NCBI GenBank assembly: GCA_044892525.1
Contig: CM097885.1
Location: 48,548,001 to 48,612,000 of the forward strand
Source of the DNA: Schmidtea polychroa
Lineage: Eukaryota
DNA: 64,000 nucleotides
Direction: 5' to 3'
How positions within the stretch are numbered: the stretch's first letter is position 1; every line of letters begins with the position of its first letter. Below the pieces are notes generated by a model. The model was not told the origin of the DNA. It did not search any database and saw only the letters and a program-made list of their open reading frames with translations. The position numbers and the translations under genes were made by a program. Of this stretch, positions 1-36,820 are shown piece after piece.

Positions 1-1319
1 GTATTTCATGGCGTCCCATTGGGTGTGATATGTTTATTTGTAGTAGTCTAAGCGCTGGATCATTGTTGTCTCTTAAGATTTTATCTTCTTTATTGTGGTG
101 GTGGCTATTATACAAAAAGTCAAACGATAGTAAATCCAAAATAAACTTGCGTAATATATTGAAAAAATAGAAATGACGACCAAATATTAAAAATACTCAT
201 GAGTGGGTGTTTATATCTTTAATTTAAGCATTTACAACTATTTACTGAGCGAGTTTTTTCAAAATAATGGTATCATTTTTGTGCCTTCTAAGCTTCTGCT
301 GTGCCACCGCGCCATGGGTGATCAGCCTATTCAGTAGCCCTAGAAACTGACCTGTATCTTGTAAAGTTTGATACTACTGTCTTCATTTATTATTTAAGAA
401 CAAGGTGAGAAAATCCATGTTTGTTTATTCCGTAAGAATATCTGCAAAGTAAAATTAAATAATAGTAACATTATCAAAGCTCAAAGAATATAGAACCAAA
501 GTTTTATTCTATTTATTTGTTTTTTGTTTTATTGTATGTTATTCCTTTATTGAGAACATTTTACCAACATATTGACATTTTCTTTATCTGGATTTAATTT
601 CAATCCATTTGAAAAGTTTGATTCAGATCAAAAGCGACACATAAAGGTATAAATAAAAGAGGCTGTATTTGAATATATGTAATATATGAACTTATTCAAT
701 TTAGTTTACTTTTATCATTTTTGCACAATTATTTTAATTAATAATCTTGTTGATTCGATATTTTAAGCTGTTTGTAAGTTACAGAAAAGATAACTGGGTG
801 AAGTGGTTTAGTAGGATTTATTCAAATACAGTTATGTTAAAACTAAAAAAATAAAAGAAGTTGCGCAATAAAAAAACTTAACGTTACTAAATTACCATGC
901 TTCATTCTACAGAGGTTTTATCACAAATCCTTTGTAAATAATAATTGTTTAGAAATATTCATTGGTAATTGTTGCAATAAGACAAAAAAACATTGCAAAA
1001 AATATATTTGTCTTATTTTCATAAAAATCATGAAAAGATCACTTGAAAATTTCTTTGTAAATATTTCTTGTATTAATATGAAAATTAAAACTCATAACAC
1101 TATTCAGTTGTCAGCAAATCATGTTAGAATAAAATATATTACTCTCATGCTGTCAGCTCTTTGCCAAAACTCTTTCTATCGAGATAAACAAAAAATCGAT
1201 AAATTTTGTAAAATTATCAGTGGAAGATTGTTGAAAAAAAATTTAAATCTAATCAAGAATTTGATTAATTTGTAAATAATTTTCATTAATTTTCTTTTTA
1301 TTCTTTTCTTTTTATTTTC

Positions 1320-1600
1320 TTGTTTCAACGTCTTTGCAAGGTTGGTCGCATGTTCACTAATAAGTCTCCAACTCCAATTGGTCTGTGTTCAGAACTCGTG
1401 TATCAATTTTCATGTAATAGGTGTAATGCAACATACATTGGAGAGACTGTCCATCATCTCTACACTCGAGTTCTTGAACATTGCCGACGGAATGGATTGA
1501 CTCACATTAGTGATCATTTTAGGAAGTGTACCAGTAAAAATATAAGTATTGCTGATTTTAAGATCTTGTCGAAGAGTTTAAACAATTACTGAGAACGAGT
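1320..1600 (+). mobile_element. Penelope-like retroelement fragment (GIY-YIG endonuclease remnant)
   Basis: ORF reads LVYQFSCNRCNATYIGET..LYTRVLEH, the VY..C..C..YIG.T..R..EH GIY-YIG signature of PLEs. Truncated, no RT visible. Confidence 0.8.
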
Positions 1601-1639
1601 AACGTTTTTATTATAAAAAATTGCCTTCGTTCTTTGATT

Positions 1640-1651
1640 TATTATTATTAC

Positions 1652-1718
<67 letters not shown>

Positions 1719-1722
1719 GTTA
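1640..1722. repeat. (ATT)n microsatellite
   Basis: Directly visible trinucleotide run. Confidence 0.95.
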
Positions 1723-3949
1723 TTAATTAGTATTATTGAATTTGAAGAACGATTTTTACAATTTTAAAGTATTATCAGAAAGGTTCAAAATCTTGTGTAA
1801 ATTTATCACTTGTTAGGCTTTAAATTCTAAAATAAATATCAGGCAATACACATATTAGCATTAATATTATTTTATGTATGATTATATAATTAGTAATTAA
1901 CCCATAAATTCAATTATTTTTATTGAATTGGTTAGGCCAAGGGTGTTGCCTTATTTGTTGACAGAGTCTTTTAATTTATTTGTTATTATTACTATTTCTA
2001 TTTTGATATTATTTTTATAAGATATTTATTTACATGTACTTTTATTTAAGCTTTTAAAAATCATTTTTATTTAAGACTGGAATTTATTGTTTAAATTATT
2101 CGTTACTGGTAATTAAATTGATCAAAGAATTATTAACTGTTCGGATCAGTAATTGATCGTGCCGCCTTTATGATGTGTAGCATATTTAATTTTCATTATG
2201 AATTTCGAAAAATAGCGAGCTTGAGACTTATGGAAATTTCTGAGATAAAATATAAATCGGTTTTCCATTTTTCTTTATTTTCCATAAAAAATATATTCGT
2301 TTGAACTTTTAAATTAAGCTAAAAGTTTTAATTTGTTTTTTTTTTGAATATTTTTTTACTTATGAAATTGTTAAATTTTGTATTGTTTTTGAATTTGTTA
2401 AATAAAAAATAATGAAATTTACGATGATTAATTTATAGATTTTGAGACCATCTTCATGATATATAATATGGTCGCCATATTATTTCTTTGGTTCTTTCAA
2501 TTAATAACATCCATTAAAATAAGAAAAAATATTTATAAAAACTCATTATTATTTAAACAGGTATCTTGTACAATTTCCATACTAGTTTTTGTAATTTTTT
2601 TTACAATTCTTTGTAAATTTCAAATTTTATCTAGTTTTCTCTTTGAATAAATTTTCATTTCTTCTTGTATTTTATTTTTATTACAACTCAAAATTTGACA
2701 AAAAAGTATATTTTATTTTTTCGGGTTTAGATTTTTTCAGTGTGGTAATAATTTTCAATTTTTTATGAGTAAATATAATATATTTTTATTATTATTAAAA
2801 ATGTAAAAATTATTTCTAATTATGCTGATGCACATAAGAAACATAAAATAGAGCAATTATCCATGTAAAATTCAAGCAAATTATTTCTTTTATATATTTA
2901 GAAATATATGGGAGTCATTAAAAATAATTAACGTAACGAACGAAGTTATTATAGAATATTCAGAAATAAAATATTATATTAACCTTCAATTTTAATACAA
3001 TTCTAGACATTGAATCTTCCTAAGATCAGATTCCGATTTTGACAGGTACTGTTTCATTTATATTTGATCTGCAATCGCAACAATCGATTGGTAAATCGGA
3101 GGAAAGACTTGTTTACTTGTGTCAATCACCATTTGATTTATCGGCATACATCATTCTAATAAAACCAGAATTCTTACCGAGAGTTGAAATCAAAATGGCA
3201 TTTATTGTTAACAGTATGGTGCAGGTACACACTGTAGGTTAAAAGTTCGAGAATAGTAAATTCTTAAATTCTTTTATAATTCTTTTAAGCATCAATATAT
3301 GTTTTAAGCTTTTAGTCGGACATCTGCTAAGGAAATGGATTCAGAAAAGCCCGTTACATAGACACCAATAACGAAAGATTTTGTATCAAGAATATCACGA
3401 AACCCTTCCCAGTGAAACTTTGTATTATTTTCGATAAATCGTCGATAATATTTTGTGAGTATCAAAAATATTCACAGCCTTTATAAGCACTTTTGTATTT
3501 CAAATAGTTTAATTGAATCAATTTTACTGTTACCTGTTTTTATACCTTCTTTATTTAAGATGATATTTTGGTCTTTCTTTTAAAAAAATGGCATTTTTTA
3601 TGCTCAATTTTAATCCCGAATCTTTGATTCTTCCCAATATATATTTCCAAATCTGCATATGTTCTTTAGTTGTTAAAAATAAGAAATTATCGCGGGTTAT
3701 AATGTAATATTAAGCATGAACACCATTATGGCGCTAGGTGGTGTAATAATTAATGAAGATCCCAGATTCAGATGTGAATTGAAATTTTTCATGGCTACAA
3801 ATGAAAATGAAATTCAAAAATTGACAATTCCAATAAGACTTTGAAGCAAAGTTCAATAAAGGATGAATGATTTCATGGTTGATTCTCCTAGCGAGATCCA
3901 GCTTAACCCAGTGCAAGTCAGGCTGTCATAGTTATTGGGCAGTGGACGG

Positions 3950-5060
3950 AAATGTTGGTTAGTCTAGTATGATGAAAATTGTTTTGATCAGCCTATTGGA
4001 CCTATAACTAGTTCTTATAAAGCAAAAAAACAAGAGTAAAATACGACTCGTTTTTGATTTTAGAGTCCAGAAAATAAAATCATAAGAAAATTGAGAAAGA
4101 AAGGAAATTAAATTGCAATTTTAGATTTATCCGATGCTTATATGCAAATTCGAGTTGGAAGTAACAATAATGCATCGTAAATGAAACCCAAAATGCATTG
4201 AAAATTTTGGGTTATGAAATAAATTTTGTGCTCGGCATCATGACATAAATTGTCAATTATTAGATGATAGAATAAAGCAAGGAGCCAGAGCTTATATATA
4301 GAATTATATTTATCGATGAAAAAATAGTTTCAGTTGAAGAAGTAAAATCCTAGCTAGTTCAATTTTGCCTTGTATCAAAAGAAATTCCCCATCCCTCCGT
4401 AAAATACTTGAACTTCTAGTATAAATCAAGAATAATGTTCTACAATGGAATCGAGCTAATATCATTCTATGTGAATTAGAAAATAAGACGATGATTGAAC
4501 AAGAATTGTGTTCATTGTGTTTATGACCACCGTGTTATCTCAAACAGTTAAATGAAGGAGATTGGGATCGACATAAAATTATTAGAGAAAGTAAAATGGC
4601 TATTAAATGAAATTGAAAAAATGATACTGTTCAAGGTATATGGAAGGTACCGACCGAAAAAGGAAACATTATATGGGACGATACTAGTTCTATCACTATA
4701 GAAGCAGCGTTAGAAATCGATGAAAATATCATGAAAGATGCATGTTCGGTGAGAAAAGAAAAGGATGTTAAGCACATTAATTTATGTGAACTTGAAGTAA
4801 TTGTCAAAGATGTGAATTTGTATATCAAATGGAATATAAAGTCTGTAAACATAATATAGGATAAAAAATCGGTAGTGTGCTGAATTCACAATAGGCTAAC
4901 ATCCGAAAGAAAGTTTTCCACTAAAGCCTCTTCAGAATAATAGTAAAAAGAAGACTCGGAATTATAAAAGAATTAATCACCGAGTAAGAAAAAGAAGTTG
5001 AAATAAAATATGTCTAGGTAAATAAAAACAAATCTGATATACAACTAAAATTTTGTCAAA
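3950..5060 (+). mobile_element. Highly degenerate retrotransposon pol remnant (RT start and RNase H)
   Basis: Broken frames give ILDLSDAYMQI (RT motif, about 4120-4150) and KHINLCELEVIVK..N (RNase H-like, about 4770-4820). Many stops; boundaries approximate. Confidence 0.55.
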
Positions 5061-5581
5061 TTGGATGAAACATATAGATGAAACATACAGATAAAACATA
5101 CAGATTACATGATGTTACTAAATTCGGACAATGATTCGAACAAATCACAAAAATATAAAAATAGTGATCAGAATGTTTGGTTCAAGAAGTAATCTACTGG
5201 TACAATAATACTTTAGTTAATGAATCCTACAAACCGCCTGCAAACGTCATATACGCTCATGACACAAGACTTTGATTCAATGAAAGGAAATATATAGTCC
5301 AAAACCAAATAACGGCTTTCAAATAAATAATAACTTCATTTTTAGAAATTTATGCATTGGTTTTTGGATTTATTTCCATTTAAAGTAAGTTACATTAGTT
5401 TATTAAAAAACCAATAATAAGCTCCAAAAATTTCCATTTTTAAATACATTTTCTTCAATAAAATAATGAAAATCGTAAAAAAACACTATTAAGCAAAAAA
5501 AAATTTAGAATTTTTAGGGAGAGAGAATAACATATCCTACTACTATTATTATTCGTGAAACATTAAACTTCATCACACAGG

Positions 5582-6022
5582 CATGGGCGTCCGCAGGAAT
5601 TTTTCCAAGATGTGGGGGGGGGGGCCAAAATATTTTTTTTACCAAGTAAACAATTTTTCTAGGGGGGAATAGAGTTGAAAAAAATGCATGTGTAATATAA
5701 ATATTTGGGGCATTATACAAAATAGGACTTTTTTTTCGCTTATTTACAAAATAGAACACTTTTTTTTAAACCAGAACGTCAGTTAATATTGAAAGTTTTT
5801 CTTACAAATAAGATGATTTGAAATCATTGATTTTCAGATATAATTAATAACATTATAAAAAACAGGAAGGCTCTTTAAATTAAATTTTTTATTAATTTTT
5901 TTTTGTTTTGGGTTTGCCCAACATTGTTTGAGCGCATCTATTAAAATATGTTTAAATTAATCGAAAAATAGAATGGTTTGGGAAATTCAAGGGGGCAAGG
6001 GCCCCTTTTGCGGACACCCATG
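5582..6022. mobile_element. hAT-type MITE
   Basis: TIRs CATGGGCGTCCGCA / TGCGGACACCCATG; 8-bp TSD CACACAGG at 5574-5581 and 6023-6030. Confidence 0.9.
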
Positions 6023-6436
6023 CACACAGGTAAGTTTGGATGTTTTCATAATATAAGATTTTTGATTTTTTAATATTAAATTTTTTTTATTCCGTGCAAA
6101 CATGTATAAATAACCACAGGGCTATTACATAATATTATGTGTCTATGGGGTTTCTAAAAAGATAATTTTCCATGGGAAGATTTATCTCACTGTAAATTAT
6201 TCAGAGTGATTGTGGTTGACACTTTATTTTTTATGGTTTTTGTATTAGAATTGTATTGCATTGTGAGAAAGTTTAAATGTTGTTTGCTCTTGATTCTTGA
6301 ATATTGAACTGATTATAGAAAACTAAGAGTCTCATTAAAAATTCTTCCTACCAAATCATTAATAAACCCAAAATTTCAGCAAAAGAATAGGAACAATAGA
6401 AATCAATTTAACCAATAAGTTATATGGCACTATAAC

Positions 6437-6717
6437 CAGTGGTGATCTGTGAAAAAAACAACAAAGGGCCCAGAAAAAAAATGCTTCTTTCCGAATTTGC
6501 TTTTTTAGTAAAATATAAAAGCGTCCAGAAAATTTTTTTTTTGATATACAAATGAGGTAAAATTGTTTTAAAAATGTGTACTACCAAAACAATAGAAATT
6601 TTAATTTGAAGTGAAGAGCAAAATCACAGTTGAAAGAACAAGGGGCTAGCAAAAATTTTTAAAAAGTTAACAAGGGGCTCTGCCGAGCCCCCGCGGGACA
6701 TGCATAGCTCACCACTG
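6437..6717. mobile_element. hAT-type MITE
   Basis: TIRs CAGTGGTGA / TCACCACTG; 8-bp TSD ACTATAAC at 6429-6436 and 6718-6725. Confidence 0.9.
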
Positions 6718-7406
6718 ACTATAACCCTGTGTTGAAATACATTAATAATTAAATTGATTAAAAATTAAAACCAAAAGCAAATTTTTACAAAAAAATTATT
6801 AATTTATCAGTTGTTATATTAACTATATCAAGCAAATTTTACTTTTGTGTTGTAAATTACTGATGAACACCGCAAAAAATTCAAAAAAATTAGCAAGTTG
6901 TATTAATTTTGTTTTTCATGTTAGAGAGAAATTGTTTTACTAATTCAATAACAGTATTTTCAAGAAAAGTTGATAAATTTCAAATTTTATCCATTAAAAT
7001 TTTATTGCGTTAAATTATCAGAAAAACATTTTGTGAAGAAACAGCTAAAGAGAAATAAATAAATGACAACAGGTTTGGTAACAATAAAAATATTTTCAGC
7101 CTCTTAAATATATTATTATGTAGTCTGTTTCGTCTGGAAATATTTGTTAAATTTTCTTTGCCAATATAATGCACACAAACTCAAAGTAACAAAGCATTCA
7201 TTTGCTTACCAACATAATGGGAAATGAAATTCAATTAAGTACATCAAAGTTTGTGTGTATTGCTTGTGTGTGATATTTCTGTGTCGTTACACAAAGAGAA
7301 TTTTGTCAATGTTTTCACTTAATCGAGTACTGAATCGAGTGACTGAATGAATTTTGTAAAGCAATTGCCGAAACATTAGAGTTTATTTACTATATTATTT
7401 TTAAAA

Positions 7407-29092
<21,686 letters not shown>

Positions 29093-30384
29093 TATTTATC
29101 CTAGTATCACTTTCTTGAATTTAGAAATTGCGCACTATTTCAAATGTATTTTACTAAAATGTTGAGGATGAAGTTGATGATTTTTCAGATTTAAATGTAA
29201 TTCTCAATTTTAAGGTTGTGTAATTTTTTCACGGTTGTGAAGATTTTTTTAGTTCTTTTTTACTTAAATTATACTTACTAGAACCTTAACAAATTAATAA
29301 CAGTTAATGATTTTTAACTATCTTTATTTTTCATTTGTTTTACTTAATTATAATTTTAGTTTTTCCATTTTCTATAACAATTGTTCTTTGGTTGTTTAAA
29401 TATTCGGTTGTGATACATTTTATTAAAAAAAAAGATTTTGATTATTGAAGTGTTACAAATGGTTGTGAAAATTCATTATATTATGAATGTTTTGTCTTGA
29501 TTTTTCCTATTGATAAGATTTTAATAAATGTATTGTTTTTAATAAAGAAAATTTGTTAAAATTAAAATTTTGTATTTACTTTACATAATTTTTTCAATAT
29601 AGATATTATCAAATTCCTATATTTTTATGAAAAAAAATTAAATAAATTGTCAAAAATTCTAACAATTTCAGTGCCAAATGAATTGAAAGGCCGTTCAAAT
29701 AACAATCGGAAAATTACAAATAAATTAAAGTTTTTATGGTGACATTAACTATGAAAAAAAAAATCCATCACCATGACAAGTGTTAATAAAACATGTTTAT
29801 TCAGGCGGAAGGTTGAGAAAATAGTTGGTGAAGCTCGTCGATGGATATGGTTAAGGTTGCAAATGTCCATTATAAATTAATGGAAAGTAGGCTGAAAGTG
29901 GTCGAACGGTTTTATGAAGGTTAATTTAGATTCAAATCAATATTACATATCAAAGTGTCTAAATTGAAATGTAGTTTTTTATAGTGCTTCTTAGAATACA
30001 TACCTATTGAACAGACTATAATTGTTTATTGAAATGAACAAATAAATAATATTTTTGTTGTTGATTCAACACAGTATATTTTGAAGGAATGAGTTTTGTT
30101 GAAATTTTAGCTACTTCGAGTTTTCTACAAGATTTTATTAATTTTAAATCATTTAAAAATTTGGATTATTTAAAATTTCAATAGAACTATTGTTATCATT
30201 ATTAGCTTCTGAACTATAGCACCACTGCATAATTTTATTTCTAAATTTTGTTGTTTTTGGTTTATTTTAGAATTGTATTGTAGAAAAAGTTGTTCAATTA
30301 TTAAATTTCCGATATCAAGAAATTATACTGATATTTAAAAATTGAGATTGTTTAAATAATTAGTAATTTGGTAATTTTTGAATA

Positions 30385-31297
30385 ATGACTACACAAGAGG
30401 TAAATTATGATCTCTTACATTAGTTTATTTAATAATATAACTAGGAAGAATTAGAGGTTTTAGAATCTATTTATGGCGATGATCCATGCTTTGAAAAGTT
30501 ATCTGATAAAAAATTTCAATATAGATTTGGTGATGAGGGCACTTTCAAATCCTTTATAATAGAAATTGAATGGACTGATAATTATCCAATGAAATCTCCT
30601 ATTGTAAACTTAAACGTTTTTTATAACCAGCATATTTGCCAAAACTTCAAAGTAGTTCTAAATGAAAAGTTATCAAATATTGTATTACAAGAAATTGAGA
30701 ATCCTGTTACCTATGTATTAATTGAACATGTTCGAGAAAATTTAGATGAATATTTGGAGTTAATAACTATTGAAAATAGAACAGAAACAATTAAAATAAA
30801 GGTAGTACTATTTACTTTATAAATTTGTAAATCATAAACCTATTAAAATATAAATAATATTTTTCTGACTAGAACTGATAATTTTGGGTTAAATTGCTAT
30901 ATTTTATGTGGAAAGCATTTTTAAGTCACTGATTTATTCAAATGTTGCATTTTCAGATTAATTTTCGTGGATATTTTTCCAATTTTTAGGTTCTAATTAT
31001 TATGTTTCAATTAAGTATTGGGTAATTTCATTTTTTATAATTGGAAAAGCTGAGCAAAAAAAAATTGCTTGAACTATCTAATTTTGTGTATTTTGAATTT
31101 TCCAGCATTATTTTATAATTTTTATCATTTAGGAAGAAAATATTGACGAAAAGAAACTCAAAGTTAGAAAAGAACAGCTTACAAAGTCCCAAAAACGTAG
31201 ACATTTGAACAGATTAGGTGAAAATGGTGAAATCCCCCGAGGTTCTGATTGGGTCAGTGTTCTCAGGCATTTGCAACAAGCTGGATCTAGCTGCTAA
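30385..31297 (+). CDS. RWDD4: RWD domain-containing protein 4 (about 178 aa). Exons 30385-30399, 30445-30801, 31133-31297
   Basis: EELEVLESIYGDD and W...YP...P RWD motifs; C-terminal KEQLTKSQKRR...GEIPRGSDWVSVLRHL matches RWDD4. GT-AG introns, all phase 0. Confidence 0.9.
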
Positions 31298-32605
31298 TTT
31301 CTTTTCAATGATATATCTTATGAAAATTCATTTAAATTTCTCTTTTTTTTAATCGGAATATTTAATGTTATTTATTAATGAGCAATCTGTTTTTAAGGAT
31401 TTTAATTATTTATATCTATAAGAAATGATAATATAAAAAAAAGCGTTCACAAAACGGAATTTTAACAGGGGAATAAATATGTTGTTATCTTGGATTTCCT
31501 AGCTCTAGCACGACGAAAATTAATGATCAGGAGTTAATTTCTGGTTTATGTCAGTTTTTACAAATTGAATGCGAATGGCAAATTATTGATTTGTTCGGTC
31601 ACTTTTTTAAATTTTTTCACTCCAAATATTTTTAGATTCCTCTTGATTGCATGGGTAGAGATACTCGTGAAAAGTAGCGTACTCTTTTACGCCATAATCG
31701 TCGTACATTCGAGTGGGCTCGCGGCTGCCGATAGATATCCTCAGGATAACTGTTTTCTTATGGTTTATCCTTCATTTTAAAGTATAAGTCGGTGCTGACT
31801 CGCTGTAATACTTGAATCAATATTCTCGAATGGTTTCTAGAACAAACTGCATGTAAATTTATTATTATTATTATATGCATTATATTATATTATATGCACC
31901 AGTGAATCAGACTCCCCGAGATTTGATCTGCTTTTGCTTGTTCGCCATATGAGGCGTGGTTTATTGCGCCCCATTATTTTACATAATTTTGTAACGGAAT
32001 CTGAAGCGGTTAAGTTGACGGATTCTTTAATATTTGTTCCACCATGTATTGGTCAATAGTGTTTTGATGCTTTCGAGCCCCTTGCTGTACTTTAGGGCCT
32101 CGTTCTCCAACTTGTCCGAGGTTTCTTGCTTCCGCGGGGTCTTGATCTGCTTTAGGCTCTTCAACAAGAGTACGAAGAGTCCGTAACAGGTTCTACTGAA
32201 AGGTTTTCGTTCAACGTAGTTGAAATGGGTTCGACTGGAACTTTCTCTAAATCTGAGTGAAGTTTGTCTTCATCCACGTCATCAGAAATCATGAAAGCCG
32301 GTTTAAGTCGGCACAAATTTATATTTTGGGTAACACCGTTGATGACGATGTGGGCATTGTTATCCTTAATGTCGATCAATTTGTAAGGACCCGAATATCT
32401 TGGTTTGAGACCTGAATCCATAATATTATGAAGATAAACGTGAGTGGCGTCCTTGAAGGACTTTGGGAGATACGGTGTATACGAAGAAGCATACGAAAAC
32501 TGTGGGTTGCTATCGATCGAAAGAAAATGATCTCTAGCCACATCTAATTCCTTGAAGGTAGGAGCGTTATCGAAACTAATTAATTCGCTAGACAATGATG
32601 TAGAA

Positions 32606-35138
32606 CAGTGGTTCCCAACCTATTTTGGCCTAGGGCCACTTTTTTTAGGTGGAGGACACGAAGGGCCAAAATTTTTAAAACAACAAAAAACGGCGAAGAA
32701 GAAACCTTATTGTGAGTTAATACCCTAGATGAAAAAAACCAAGATACTTTTTTTATATGACATAATTTACAATAATATTTTACAATTGGCAAATTCCTGA
32801 TTAGTAACTTTAGTTTAGTAAATTAATTTACAGAGATAAATATTGGTTTTTAACTTTTATAAAGAAATTGTGGATTAAATAGAACACCAATAAAGTCCAG
32901 AGATAGTGATTTTCGAAATAAATCATTATCATAGTTAAAATATATTTATAATTTCAATTAAAAAATTCACAGGCATTTGGATTTAATGTGAATTTTGTGG
33001 CTGAATACTAGAAGCCAGTTTTTCAATGTCAGGTTGAAGTTTAGTTGTTGCCAGAATCATAAGTCCATTCAAGTTCGAATCAGTAAGGCGTGAACGATTC
33101 TTGCTTTTAATCAATTTCATTGCAGAAAATGACAGCTCGCATCTGTATGTGCTACCAAAACGACAAACATAACGTTGTGCAAAAGATCGCATATGTTCAA
33201 AGTCACTCTCTGGGAGCAGGTTCCAAAATGATATCATATCATCTGCAGTTGGAATAACCGGAAGCTCGGCGAATCGACTTTTCAAAACTGAGTTACACTT
33301 CAGATCTATAATTTCAAGTTGCAAATTCTCATCTAGGCAGTTGATCCTTTTGTCTGGAAAGTTAAAAGGATTGGTAAAAAGAGCCACATTGTCAGACTGA
33401 TCTGCAAATTCACTGAATCGTGACTGAAAAGCTGTCAAAAGTTCGACAACCATACACCTATATTTGTCTTCATCAAAGTCATTACCTGTCATCCTTTCTT
33501 TCATGTGTTGAAAATTGTCCAATTTTTTTTGGATAACTGATTGGCAAATAATTGTAATTTCATTTTGAAAGAAGCAATACAGTTAGTTACACAGATTTGC
33601 AAACAGATTGTTGCTTGCTTGCAACTTCAAATTTAGATTGTTGAGATGCCCTGTAATGTCCACCAAGAATGCTAAATCATTCAGCCATTCATTATTTGAA
33701 AGATATTCACGTTCTATAGGCAACTCATTAATTTCCGCCAAAAATTCCAAAATACTTCCTTTTAAATCCCAGAATCGCGACAGAACTTTACCTTTTAACA
33801 ACCATCTGACCTCACAGTGCAGAAGAAGTTCACCATATTCAGCATCTAATTCTGAAATAAACTGTCTAAATTCTCGCCTATGCAATGATTTTGCACGGAT
33901 TTTGTTCACACACTTCACTACTACATCCATAACGTGCTTCATATTCATGGATTTCCCACAAAGCGACTCCTGGTGAATAATGCAGTGATATTTTAAAAGT
34001 GGACGAGCAAGAAATTTTTCGAGCAAAGACAAACATCCTACATGTCTGCCTGTTAGAGCTGGTGCACCATCTGTGCAAATGCTATCCAACCTTTTCCAAT
34101 CCAATTTATTTTTTTCTGCGCATGATTTTAAAACCTCAAACAAATCTGTGCCTTTGGTTGTCCCTTGTATGGACTCAAGTCCAAGCAGCTCTTCGATAAC
34201 CTCGAAAGTATTACTCACCGCGCGAATAAAAATTGTTACCTGTGCGGTATCGCTAATGTCAGTTGACTCGTCCATTGCAAGTGAGAAAAACTTGCAGTTT
34301 GATGCGTGAAATGCAATTTGCTCACTAACGTTATTAGCAAGTTCCTCAACCCGTCTTGTCATTGTATTGTTCGATAGTGGAATATCTTTAAACTTGGCTT
34401 CAATGTTTTTTTCTCCTAGCATTCTGGCGGCTATTTCAAGAACTGGCTTCACAATCTCTTCTCCATAAGTAAAGGGTTTCTTCTTCTTTGCCAAAAGAAG
34501 TGCCACTCCATACGATGCAATTACCATACTTTTGTTTTGCTGTAGTATAGCAGTAAATAAGGATTGTTGGACATTCATTCCTTTCTCCTTCTTGGCGATA
34601 AATTCCCTTCGTAAATCATAGGCCATTGGATATTTATCGACCAAATCTGCATGGCTACTGTTGAAATGTCTTTCCATATTATATTTCTTTACAACTGAAA
34701 CGCTAAATCCACAAACCAAGCAGACCGGCTTTCCGTTGCGACCAAGAGCAAACATATACCTCTCTTTCCACTCGTCATTAAATTCACGACATGCTAAGTT
34801 TTTATTTTGTTCAAACTTTCTTTTATCCATGATTTTAAATTCCGAGCTCGTTTTTTAACCAAATTAGATAATTAAAAGAATTTATAAAAAAAATCAGAAG
34901 ATTGAAATAAAATCAGATTATTGATGAAAACCAAGCAAAATTAATCGATACACAGTTCTTTTATTATTAAATTGGCATCTGGTTTTATCATGGTTTTATC
35001 ATGGTTTTATCATGGTTTTAAACGAAGTTCAAGACAAACTTTTCCCAAAGAAGGTGTGAATGTGAATTTTTTCTTAGTTTTCTTTGTTGAGGAGGGCCAC
35101 TTTTTTATGCCCGGCGGGCCACGGGTTGGGAACCATTG
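32606..35138 (-). mobile_element. Full-length hAT transposon (GTF2IRD2/SPIN/Buster-like) inserted in the Gypsy integrase
   Basis: TIRs CAGTGGTTCCCAACC / GGTTGGGAACCATTG; 8-bp TSD ATGTAGAA (32598-32605, 35139-35146). Confidence 0.95.
32983..34830 (-). pseudogene. hAT transposase, disrupted at about 33523-33590
   Basis: Zn finger (CLVC...RHF...H), DESTD, TDGAP, HCIIHQE, EVRW, hATC FGSTYRCE. Stop at 33583-33585; the natural-looking KMKLQLF segment is in another frame, suggesting two compensating indels. Confidence 0.9.
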
Positions 35139-36820
35139 ATGTAGAAGAACCGAAAAGTAACTGTGCTGGTGAAGTTCTGGAGGGTGTGTTACGCCAACCA
35201 AGAAGAACAAAAGGTAATGTTTTAGTCCAATTAAGTCTCAATGAAAGTATTCCAAGAGAAGTCTTAAAATTCGGTGAAATCTTTCGATCATGCCGTTTGT
35301 CTGAGGATGGTAAGCAGTTGAACGGAGGTGTTGTATACCGACCTTTTCAGTTAGATGTTGAAACAACTGGGATTCAAACTGAGTTCCCTGTCTGTGATTA
35401 TTTATTTCGGAACACCATATCTAGAAATCCAATGTTGCAAAATGGAATTTTCTACAATTTCAGTAGAAATGCTTTTTAAAGGAATAACTTCAAACCAACG
35501 CGTTTTCCGGTCAATCATGGTTAATAAGTAAGAAAAACCGCGATCAGAAGGCGATGGACCGATCAGGTCGATGTGAAGAATTTTAAACCTATTTCCGGTC
35601 GGATAGTGAATCATCCGTGGCTTATGTGTCTAGTGATCTTGTGTTGTTGACAACCGATGCACCGACTCACCCACAACTTAATATCGTTCCTCATTGCTGG
35701 TCAAATCAGCATTGGGAAAATGAAGTGTTTGAATTTTCGAAAGTGCCGACTTAACGTTTTCAAATGCACTGAGTGTGGTATCGTTCCATGATGCTAGAGA
35801 CCTTTTTGGTTTTGAGACAAGACCAGATAGAGGTGACAAAATATCAGAAACCCCTGGAATAAAAAAATTACAATAATTTATCGTGAAAGTGTTTTTGGAA
35901 GTGGGAATTTGGCTATAGTATCTAGTCTATCCGGAGGAGGTCGGCTTCCATCTGCGGAAATTAAATGTCCCAGGAAACGAGTCTCGTGTTGGAAGAAGGT
36001 ACACTTATCGACATTTACCTTAAGGTTGTTTTGCCGAAGTGCTGTTAAAGTTCTTGTCAGATGGGTTATATGCGTCTCTTTGTCAGATGACCCGATTAAA
36101 ATATCGTCTATGTAAAGAACTGCGAAAGGTAGGTCCATCAAGACTTGATCAATATATCTTTGAAAGGTCTGTGCAGAATTCCGAAGGCAAAATGGCATAT
36201 GCACGTACTCAAAAAGACCGATCGGAGTTATTACGGCTGTTTTTTCTTTGTCAGACTCTCGCACGGGTATCTGATGGTACGCTTTCACGAGGTCAATTGT
36301 GGAAAAAATCTTTGCCTTTGAAAGACGGTGAAGGATATCACTAACAAGCGGCATGCTAATTGAATCATGTACCGTAATGGCATTCAGGTTTTGATAGTCG
36401 CCACACGGACGGAAAGTGCCATCTTTTTTTGGGACCAGATGCAATGGCGATGACCATGGAGATTTAGATCTCCGAATGGTACCCTCATGTAAGAGGTTAG
36501 TGAACTCGGAACGTAAAAATTTCAGTTTTTCATTAGACAGTGGTCTAAGTTTGCACCTAACTGGTAAAGATGAAGTTGTGTCAATTGTGTGGCAGTAAAG
36601 TGGCTTCGAAACGTCACTTATTACAGTTATTGGCGTGTTAAAATTTTTTTTTGCCTCTATTAAAAATAAATCTAATATTGATGAAAATTTGCCTCCCACC
36701 TCTGCCACTAGAAGTGATGGCATTATAAGTTTTTTTGATTGTTTACTTTTGCCTTTGTGTAATTGGAGCAGCCTTCGAAGCATTTTAAGGCTTTATCTGC
36801 AAACCTGTCATGGTATATAC

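Noticed and set aside
34980..35019. TGGTTTTATCA tandem repeat, and the 39-bp duplication at about 37710-37790
   Set aside because: Ordinary subterminal repeats within hAT elements.
33608..36598. + strand ORFs overlapping the hAT transposase and RT
   Set aside because: Antisense shadows of real - strand coding sequence; likewise the + strand ORFs over pPolB and the - strand ORFs over the integrase.
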